From positions 2,985,234 to 3,049,233 of the forward strand of contig NC_068987.1 in NCBI RefSeq assembly GCF_001194135.2: DNA of 64,000 nt. The letters are read 5' to 3'. The notes under the pieces are model-generated. The model had not been told where the DNA came from. It did no database searches and was given only the letters and a program-made list of their open reading frames with translations. Source of the DNA: Octopus bimaculoides (lineage: Eukaryota). This document shows, in pieces, positions 1 to 10,900 of this stretch. Made by a program: the position numbers and the translations under genes. Every line of letters starts with the position of its first letter. Positions within the stretch are counted from its first letter, which is position 1.

Positions 1-455
1 TATTTACCGCAAAATGAAGAAATGTAAAAGAAATTGTGAATTCTTCTGCAAATGTTGGAAGAAATCAGCTTTGGTACGTTACGTTTTCCATTTGCAAGTT
101 TTACTAATCCTCTTTAACACTGATAATGCTAATGGTAATTAATTCTAATTCCTAATTAATATTTGATAATAATCACCCAAATTTATTAATGCTTAATTCA
201 AACAACTGATTATAACTAATTAGTCATTCCATTTAATATTAATCACTGTTGTTAATTAACACTACTAATTAACATTTCTGAATATCTTTAAATTAATTAT
301 GTTCACACACACACATCTTTGTGTATGTATGTATATATATATATATNNNNNNNNNNTATGTGTGTGTATATTTGTATATGTATATGTATATATATATGCG
401 TGTATATATATATAGATAGATATATGTGTGTGTGTGTGTATCACTCTTTCACTCT

Positions 456-665
456 TTTACTTGTTTTGGTCATTTGACTGCAGCCATGCTGGAACATCGC
501 CTTTTAGTCGAACAAATCGAACCCATGACATATTCTTTGTAAGCCCTGTACTTATTCTATCAGTGTATTTTGACGAACCGCTAAGTTACGGGAATGTAAA
601 CACACGAACATCGGGTGTTAAAGTGATGGCGAGGTTGGGCTGAGGGGTAAACTCAGACACAAACA
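456..665 (-). mobile_element. 3' half of a tRNA-derived SINE (family B/C)
   Basis: Same sequence recurs at about 9275-9445, 14895-15040 and 33690-33875. Confidence 0.8.
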
Positions 666-1187
666 CACATACGTGAACACACACACATATATATTATGCA
701 TAATAAAAAAGAATTTAATTAAGTACATCGTCTCTTTCTGATTGAGTCTTCAATCGATTACTTCAAAGAATTGACAGTCAGTTTTAAATTTGGTGCCGGT
801 CTCTGTGGATAATGAATTCTCTTTGATAGTCTCTGGTTTTGAGATGAGTCGGTAGATTTATCCAGTTGAACATAAAATATACTATTCAACTTTCCTTCTT
901 TTTTTTTTCTTTTTTTTTGTTGTTTTGTCTGATTTTAATCTATTCCCACCTCTCTTCTCACCTGAGGATTCCAGTTTGGACCTCAGTCTTCTGTTGACAG
1001 CCTAATTGCACCACTGACAAATTCTGATTAACCAATTATAATCACAGCTACTTCTATATTGAACTTTTGGTATTCCTGCTTTAAACGTTCATACAAGGCT
1101 GAAACCTGTGGAAGAGGGAAACCCAGAAAGACAATGGCAATATGCTGACCAATCTATAAAACTCCACCACAACATTTAATTCCTTGT

Positions 1188-1433
1188 AGTAAAGATTGTT
1201 TGCCAACATAACATGGCAGTCCTGGTTTAGGATGAATGTTGCTGTAACTTAGCCCCAGGAGACATTGTCTCCAGCTGGCTTTAGGACACGATCTGTGTCC
1301 TTATATTTTCGAACAAGGGAATCTAGCACCCCCACTCAGTCCTAAACCAGGACTGCCATGTTATGTTGGCAAATAATCTTTATTCCAAAGTACTGTTACT
1401 GAATATCTCTTGTTGTGAGATTTACAAATAGTA
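1188..1433. mobile_element. Foldback/MITE-like element, copy A (about 45-50 bp inverted arms, 107-bp core)
   Basis: Arms 1188-1232 and 1340-1389; near-identical copy at 31882-32088 (3 mismatches in about 200 bp). Confidence 0.85.
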
Positions 1434-1943
1434 CTTAATTCCTTGTTGTTCAAGTTTGGAATTATGGTCTCACTAGGTTTATCTTTTGTGATTCAAACCT
1501 CCAAAATTGATCCCAAAAAATCCTTCATTACTCGCAACTGATTTGTGATAAAATCAAACATTTTACTCAAACCACCCTTTTCCTATTCTGTGTGTCAAAC
1601 ATGATACACAGGACTTATTTCTCTGGTGTCCATATATCATATCGGATACACCTTCTCAGCTTCCTTTCAACCCCCAAATTAAATTGGGACTTATGAAAGG
1701 AAAGCTTTATATCGCTCGTGGCTAAAAGTCTAAAAACAAACATGGATGTCTAGGACAAGTTTATAAAAATGCTTTGGACAGGCAAAGGGTGAACCATGTT
1801 GTCTGGGTTTAACTCTTCTCCCTGGTCTCTGACTGCCTTTAGTGAAGCTCATTCTGCTTAGAAGTTTAGAATAAATCCTTGTTCTTGTCCTGTTCTTGTT
1901 GTTGATGTTAAACATGAAGGTTTCTCCATTTTTTTTTTCTCAG

Positions 1944-2092
1944 CCCGAAGCTTCTTCTTCGTCCCATCGAGCTAGTCAGCGTCTCAAAAGATCAGAAGAT
2001 TACAGCTATTGGAAGAAGTGTGCAAAAGAGTATTCTTTAACTTTAGAAACTCAACAAAAGATGTCTGAATTCCCAAAGAAGCAAGCAGAAAT
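1944..2092 (+). CDS. TRPM2: TRPM2-like in-window exon 1 (PEASSS...KQAEI)
   Basis: ttttctcag acceptor, AT|gtaagt donor, phase 2 fits the next exon. Confidence 0.7.
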
Positions 2093-4906
2093 GTAAGTAT
2101 TTCTTCTTCAATTTTATTTTGTTGTCCATGTATCTGGAGATAATGGGAGTGCATACTAAGTGTAAAGATCTCATGAAGTCTACATTAAGAAAGTCACACA
2201 TGTTTGTTGTTTGGTTCTGACTGAGCAGACCATAACAATCAAAGACATTCTGATTTTTAAACTTGTAAAAGAAACCACTTGTTTCTTTGTCTAACCCCCC
2301 AACTCCCTCACCTGTGTATCTAGGGCAGGGCTTCGTTGGGTAATTAGAGTTCGTTCCTAAACTTATGTCAAAGAAATCTTTATTTGATAATCCTTGAAAA
2401 AATTACATCTTGAAGAGGGAAGAAAAATGTCTTTATACAACAAGAGTCAAATATAATAATCATAATAATAATAATAATAATAGAATAGGAAACCAGACAG
2501 TGTTAATTAAGAAAGAAAGCAAACTATGCTGGATCATAGATATAGCATGCTCAGCTGACAACAAGGTATGTGATAAGGAAGAAAGAAAAGTCGAGAGATA
2601 TGACAGGTTAGCTTGGGAAGTTAAGCAGTTGTGGTCGATGAAAAAGGTGGTAGTAGTACCAATAATTATCAGAGTACTAATAACTGTCAGAAAACAGCCC
2701 TGCTTGGAACCGCTCGAATACTCCAGAAGGTGCTCGAAAAATAAGGGGTGTTACCTTAGTTCACTGGTAGGGAACAGCTGACGCCGTAGCACATCTCCAG
2801 CATTAGGAGTTGTACAAAGGCAAATATAATAATAATAATAATGATAATAATGATAATAATAATAATGATAAAATAACGATGTGTTTCCATGTTTTTTTGT
2901 TGTGGTTCAGTGTTAACAATTTAAAAGATGATATGCAACTGCAAAAGAAGAACATTAAACGCCTCAGTGATCGTGTTGTGGAACTAGAGAGGGCGCTACA
3001 GACCAGTAGAATATACTTGGAAGATATTAAACATATGTTGGATAAATCTGGTGAGTTTGTCTTCTGTCTAGCATCTATCAAAACTTCATCACCATTGTCA
3101 TCATCATCATCATCATCATCATAATCACCATCATCATCATCATCATCAACATAGTATCTCACCACAACCAATGTTTACAGCATCACCACCACTGCCACCA
3201 CTTTCACTATCATAACCACCATCATCACCATTATCACTATAATCATCACCAGTATCACCAACACCATTACCATCATCATCATCACCAACATCATTAATAC
3301 CATCACCTGCATCATCATTTCTGCTACAACCATCATTACCACCACCACCACCACCAGCACTATCAACACCACCTTTATCATTGCTCAGGTCTGCTCCCCC
3401 TTCCCACTATATATATATATATATATATCCATTTTTTTCCGTCCTTGTTTTCGTATGCATTCGCTACTTTCTTCTGAGGAATCTAATGCTCTTNNNNNNN
3501 NNNNNNNNNNNNNNNNNNNNNNNNNNNNNNNNNNNNNNNNNNNNNNNNNNNNNNNNNNNNNNNNNNNNNNNNNNNNNNNNNNNNNNNNNNNNNNNNNNNN
3601 NNNNNNNNNNNNNNNNNNNNNNNNNNNNNNNNNNNNNNNNNNNNNNNNNNNNNNNNNNNNNNNNNNNNNNNNNNNNNNNNNNNNNNNNNNNNNNNNNNNN
3701 NNNNNNNNNNNNNNNNNNNNNNNNNNNNNNNNNNNNNNNNNNNNNNNNNNNNNNNNNNNNNNNNNNNNNNNNNNNNNNNNNNATATATATATATATATAT
3801 ATATATATAATGAGTTCAAAGAGATATATTATCCAGACAGCTACCATATTAGCTCTCAGTTAAGTTCCAGTTAACGGCTAACCATAACCACAACGAGGTC
3901 AGTATCTAACGTCTGTGTCTACATTTAGTTGTTAATCACTCTGTGAATTCTTCCCATGGGTAATTCTTCGTTGGACAATAAAAGTTGTCTGGAGTGTATA
4001 ATTAATACTAATAACAATAAGAAAGATAATGGAAACTTGTACATCCACAAAATTCATCTGATGTCATATGTGTCCGTGTTTTATATTCACAGATGTCCAA
4101 GGTGTGTCCAGTACGAAAGGTCAGAGTCTCCATGTTGCCTCACGACAGTCTCCCTACCCTGGAACCAAACTTGCTCGATTCCCAGTCTTTGATAAATATG
4201 TGCCTTGGGAAGTAAGTCCTAGTTGTTGTTGATTTTGGTGTTGTTGTTGTTGTCTCTCTTGTCTGTTGGACAAGGCCATGTTGGAGCATCTCGGAGTGGG
4301 GGCAAGGGGGACCCTGAATTTCTATTTCACTGTCATTATCACCATCACTGTCCTAATCATAAGCCAACAATGGAACTTCTATGAAGTCACTTGCATTTAC
4401 TTGAAATAGCAGTCAAATCACCCTTAAATTCTACACTGCCAATCATAATGGGGTCCTGGATAGCTTGTCGTTGAGAAAAAATCAGGTGGTCACCACTGGA
4501 ATGGCTTTAAATGTGGTTTTGCTGAATCAAGACATGTGAGACAAGCATGAGGTCACCGTTTTGGGAGAGGAGAGGAGGTCAGCTTTTCCCTTCATTGGTC
4601 AGCAGTAATTTGTAGATACAGTCACATAACCACTTCTGCTGGGACCTGGGCTGTTTCTAGAAGCAGTTGCTGAGTCCCAAGTATACCTTTCTTATCAACC
4701 TTTCCATCCCTGGATATTCCATGAAGGAAGGATACATTAATAGATTCACAGAATCTATGGAGCCTCAAAGGATGCTGGTTATTTGTTAAGTAGAACCAGA
4801 CATATCGGCTTTTGGGCCTGTCCCTCCAGATTTTTTGTTGGAGTTTACCTCCTTTGCTTTAATTAAATGCTCAATTAATTATCCTACAAAGCAGCAAGGG
4901 TTTATG

Positions 4907-4971
<65 letters not shown>

Positions 4972-7900
4972 CATCATCATCATTGAGTGAGAGAGCAGGG
5001 CATGCCATCAAAGTGACACTGGGGTAAAATATACGAAGCCCATTATACCCATCATGACTACCCGTCTGATAAGGGGACACCAGGCACATGCATCACAACC
5101 ATATGTGTACGACATGGTGATCTCATATAAAGATAAACAGCACATGACCTTGCAGCTGGGGCCCAGTTAGAATTTTCTTCGGGTAGAGTAGCCCATCCCG
5201 CTCAAAAGGTCCCTGAATAAGGTTTGCTAAAGGATGTTGAGCAAAACACCCATGTTTCCAAAGGTGAATTATTCAAACTCCAAAGAATTCCTCTCAACAC
5301 ATGGCTATGATGCTTCCCCACTACTTCTGCTCATGATCAGAAATTATTATTATTATTATCATTATTATTATTATTANNNNNNNNNNNNNNNNNNNNNNNN
5401 NNNNNNNNNNNNNNNNNNNNNNNNNNNNNNNNNNNNNNNNNNNNNNNNNNNNNNNNNNNNNNNNNNNNNNNNNNNNNNNNNNNNNNNNNNNNNNNNNNNN
5501 NNNNNNNNNNNNNNNNNNNNNNNNNNNNNNNNNNNNNNNNNNNNNNNNNNNNNNNNNNNNNNNNNNNNNNNNNNNNNNNNNNNNNNNNNNNNNNNNNNNN
5601 NNNNNNNNNNNNNNNNNNNNNNNNNNNNNNNNNNNNNNNNNNNNNNNNNNNNNNNNNNNNNNNNNNNNNNNNNNNNNNNNNNNNNNNNNNNNNNNNNNNN
5701 NNNNNNNNNNNNNNNNNNNNNNNNNNNNNNNNNNNNNNNNNNNNNNNNNNNNNNNNNNNNNNNNNNNNNNNNNNNNNNNNNNNNNNNNNNNNNNNNNNNN
5801 NNNNNNNNNNNNNNNNNNNNNNNNNNNNNNNNNNNNNNNNNNNNNNNNNNNNNNNNNNNNNNNNNNNNNNNNNNNNNNNNNNNNNNNNNNNNNNNNTATA
5901 TATATATATATTACATATATAATATACAATATATACTGAATATATCTCTTTTGACAGAGTATATACGATGTGTATGATCCTAAAACATACACCAAACCAA
6001 AAGACCAATTTCTGGAATATGAAATTGTGTTTGTTGATGAAGATATCTTCGAGTAAGTACAGTTTTACTATTGAAAATATTTACTTTGCCCTCTAAACTC
6101 TTCCCAGTCTATTTAATGATTAACCATTTAACATTAACCATTTACCATTAACCATTTACCATTAACCATTTAACATTAGTATTATTCTGTCAAATGTAAT
6201 ACTTATTCATTCTCATTGTTTTGAATTAATCATGGAACGTCTTGTAGCTTAGTTTTCGTATGACATTGTAGGGCAAAGTGTAAGAGGCCAGATCTGGCCA
6301 GTTTGAACGTAAAACAGGTAGAATATCTAAGCCAAATATAACTGGTTTAAACACTAAAAGGTTAAATGTCTGCATATCTGTTTCCTGTCCTCTTGCATGT
6401 CTGTTTATGTCTTCTCTAGTTGTTTTACATAGTTACAGCTAACAGATTAGAGTTGATGGTCACATGATCATCTCATTATCACTGACCATATTCTAACAAA
6501 GATGCATACATTCCAAGATTTACGGCAGTAAAATAGTTGCCACAAAGAGTAGATCAATAGCTTCTGATGTTCTCTTGTGAATAGAATAAAAACTAGGGTT
6601 CCTTGTCAGGAAGGTGTGTGTATTGATCTCACGTTCCTGCCTTTAGGCTTTCACTTCAAACACACCAGCTCAAGTTGATTCGTTCTCAGTCGAAAGACAC
6701 CTGTTGTTATTTCTTGTTGTTTGTATTCATAATTGTGTACCATGTTCTCCATTTTTTTTTTGTCTATTTGTCTTTGTTGCCTACACATTCGTTAGCTTTC
6801 TTACAAAGAGGTCTAATGCTCTTAGCTTAGACTTTTTGGGGGGCAACTAGACCAAACCATCTCAAATGTAATTGCCCAAAATGGTCATGACTTCTGGGAC
6901 TTGACTGATGAAAGAAAGCCAAGAATGACCCGTCTTTTTTGCCTCTCCTTCTAATGGTTGTTTCTCTTGTCTGCCTTTGTGTCGTCTATCTGTCTGAACG
7001 TTTTAATGCCCTCTATTGCGTTTTTGTTCCATTTTTATATTTATATATATTTATATATATCATCGTTTAACGTCCGCTTTCCATGCTAATATATATATAT
7101 ATATATATATAGGGTGCAGTGAATAAATTGTCATCTAAATTATGCAAATGAAAATAATACTAACATTTCATTTTAACAGAGATATATTTACCGAAATTAC
7201 ATAAAAATATCTTGAGATACTAAAGAGTAAATTTATTCAATAAAATAAAGAAGTAGTATTGAACCAGTGCATGTTTGTTTTAATTTTTATTGGCGTAATG
7301 ACCCTCCCTACACAATAAAGTTTATTACTTAATCTTAACAGAAACAAATCAATATAATCTCATTACAAAAAAAATTGATTATTCTTTTATTTTATATATT
7401 TTTCTAATTTATATTTTCATAATTATTATTTCAAAAGCCATCAGGATTTTCTTTCATCTCCTGCCATAATCATCTGCCAAAATTTACCTCTAATTGCAGG
7501 TTACGGGCCCTTGAAGAACTTCGAGCCCAAATGCCAGAAGAAGAAAGAGTTGAACAACCTGCACTCCCTAATTTCCGACCTATGTGGAATGCAGTGGTTA
7601 CATATCGACAAGGAAATGCTACACGAGAGGTAGACCGGAGATCTTGGATTACGATAGATTCTCAGCCTGTCCGATACAAATTAGATCCTTCTGGAGTTCC
7701 ACAGTAAGTGTCGAGGTTTCTCTTTTTGGTTACAGAGAATGGGAGTTTGTTTGGGGTCACTTAACTGGTTGGTGACCCCCAACTGAAATAAATCCAACTG
7801 GATGAAGCGACAAAGTGTTGGCTTACTGATAGGGAAAAACTGTAAATCTGTATTATGTCATTGGCTCAGTTCACACAGCTGTAAACAGGTACCATGACAG

Positions 7901-10900
7901 GCATGGGCCCAGGAACAGGGGATGCAAAGAGTGTGCTTGCACCTGCTAAAATTTTTGTGGAGTGCAAAATCAAAATTTGCACCCTTCTTCTTCTTCTTCT
8001 TCTTCTTCTTATTCTTCTTCTTCTTCTTCTTCTTCTTCTTCTTCTTTACATTTAATGTCTGCTTTCCATGCTGGTATGGGCTGGACGGTTTGACTGAAAA
8101 CTTGTAAGCCAAGGGGTGCACCGGGTAGCCAAGAGCTGCACCAAAGTAAACAAATGAATGACATTGATTTATAGTTTAAACAATTTATTTACGGGACTTG
8201 CATTTGCTGTTGATATGCACAATTCTTCACTCCATTAATTTGTTGCCAACTGTTACGAGTTGAGAGGAATAAAAACAGGGTACCTCTGTGGATGTGATGT
8301 GGTGGTAGAAGTGAATATGTTTTGTGTCTGTGTGTGCGTCGTTCATCTGGGAAAGTAGTAGGCTATCTCGTGTCCTGATTCTTTCTGCCTGCCCCTTTAC
8401 TGACCACGGTATTTATAACAGCCACGGCAGCTAGAAGGACAGACATACTGCAGGAGAGATTGTGTCTAAATAGGTCAGCTCCTGTCCATTTGAACTTCGC
8501 CTGACATGGCTGAGGTCGTTGGTCAAAGGGAGATAATTTATCATTTTTTGTCTGGACAAAGAAAATTTCTTCGTGCCTGTCGGTCTGTGGTGGTTCAGAC
8601 GAGCAAGAATCCTTAGATTCGGTTTCGAATCTAAGCTTAGAGGAAAGAAGTGTTAGTTTTTACAAACAGAAATAAATAAATAAAAAAACATGACCTTATT
8701 TGTAAAAATTATGGGGGCTGGGTTTGCACCCCCAAAGCAAATTTTGTTCCTGAGCCAGTGATGACAGGGTATCAGAGCAGGCATACCAGTGATGACAGGG
8801 TATCAGGACAGGCATAGATGTGTGATGAAGAAGGTCCCTTGACAAACTTATGGTTTTAGCTTCTGCAAAGTACTTTGGACAAGTATCATTTATTGTATTC
8901 TTGTGTTGACTAATGTTTGGTTAATGGAATTGGCAGAGTGAAACTTTGTGGAGAGCTGTCGTGCATGTGTGTGTGTGTGTGTGTGTGAATGTGTGAAGTT
9001 GCATTCTTTTACATGAAAGGGTAACTGTTCGAAAGGCATCATTAAAATAAGTACAATTCTGAAACAATTCTTTCTAACTTTGGTACAATTCCAACAATTT
9101 TATATGGAGAGCTGAGTCTATCACATCAACCTCAGTACTTGACTTGTACTTTATTCTGTCAATCCCTACAGGATGACAGGCAATGTCGACCTGAACAGGA
9201 TTTGAACTCAGAACCAAAAAATGTTTTTGTCAGCATTTTGTCCTGTGCAGAAATGATTCTGCTTGGATCCTCTATCTGTTTCAGTCATTTGACTGCGGCC
9301 ATGCTGGAGCACTGTCTTTAGTCGAAACAAAACGACCCCAGGACTTACTCTTTGTAAGACTTGTACTTATTCTATCAGCCTCTTTTGCCGAATTACTAAG
9401 TTACAGGGACGTAAACACACAAGCAATGGTGAGGGGACAAACACAGAAAGATAAATGGTTGCTGGCAAATTTTTCTGCTCTTAAAAGGATTTTATCCTTT
9501 ATATATATATATATATATATACAGTTCAGTATTTATGTGTTGAATAAAATTTATCTTTCTACTTGTTCTACAATACATTTCAACACTTCAAAAACAAAAT
9601 TATGTTTGTTTACATATGACATAATATATATATCGAAATCGTAATTGAACCATATTCAATGACTGGCACCTGTGCCAGTGGAGCACTAACAGCACCATCC
9701 GAATGTGATCATTGCCAGAGCAGCTGTCTGGCTTCCGTGCCAGTGGCATGTAAAATTGTATCATAAAAAAAAAGAAACATTTACTGAAAAGAACTTTTTC
9801 CATTTCAGAAATCCAATGGGTCGCACGGGTATTCGAGGTAAAGGTTCATTATGGCGCTGGGGTCCCAATCATGTGATTCGAGGTGTTGTGACCAGATGGA
9901 GACGCAAATATACTACAGATTTTCAGCCAACCAACTATCTCTATGTCGATGGGAAACGAGTCTTGGAGTTTATTGCTGTGCGGAAAGAAGATGCAGATGA
10001 ATACCTCTTTTGTTTACCTGGGGTAAGTATTTGAGGCAGGTTCTAACACCCAGAGGTCACTAGATGGGGTTGGTTCTACCAATCTGGGGTTACTAGATGG
10101 GGTTGGTTCTACCAGTCTGGGGTCACTAGATGGGGTTGGTTCTACCAGTCTGAGGTCACTGGATGGGGTTGGTTTTACCAATCTGGGGTCACTAGATGGG
10201 ATTGGTTCTACCAATCTGGGGTCACTAGATGAGGTTGGTTCTACCAGTCTGGGGTCACTGGATGGGGAAGAGGATACAGAAGCGGATACACGTTTATGCA
10301 GAAGCTGATGGAGCAGCAGCCTCCCTAAGCATAAGCAACATTGTTGGTCCTTTATTTTCCTTGAGTGACAAGCCTCCCCTGAAAATTTGTTGCCCCAATA
10401 TTCTCTGACAAAAGAGAGACATTCCTTAAAGAGCCATAGAAAGGGTCAGATAAAGCAGTGTAGTGGGAATGGGTTCAAGAAAGGCTCACTGGAAAGGTCC
10501 ACCAAACAATGGTAATGTAGTAGACCTAATTATTATTAAATTTCACTCAAATATTTTATTTAATTTTTATTTATTAAATGCAGGATGCCCTCCATGGCTT
10601 GACATCCCCTTACAGTACGATGTGTGAAGCATTCATGAAATCTGTATTTGATGAACACGATGTTGATTCTAAAACTGAACTTGACCAAACCGACATGATC
10701 CAGGTACGTGTTATTGTTGTTGTTATTAGTGGAGAATAAAAGGATGAAGGACTCCAACAGACGTGGCAGACTAGAAATAATAGGTTCACAGTTTAATACT
10801 ACCATTTGATTCTTGGCTGTCTTTAGGGTTGCAGGCACCCAAACTTGGTTCCTGCTCACTAGACAACTTCCTCCCACCATTCACAAAGACCTTAAAAGAA

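Noticed and set aside
10053-10267. 33-bp hairpin-containing repeat as a CRISPR array
   Set aside because: Units abut with no unique spacers, it lies in a eukaryotic intron, and there are no cas genes
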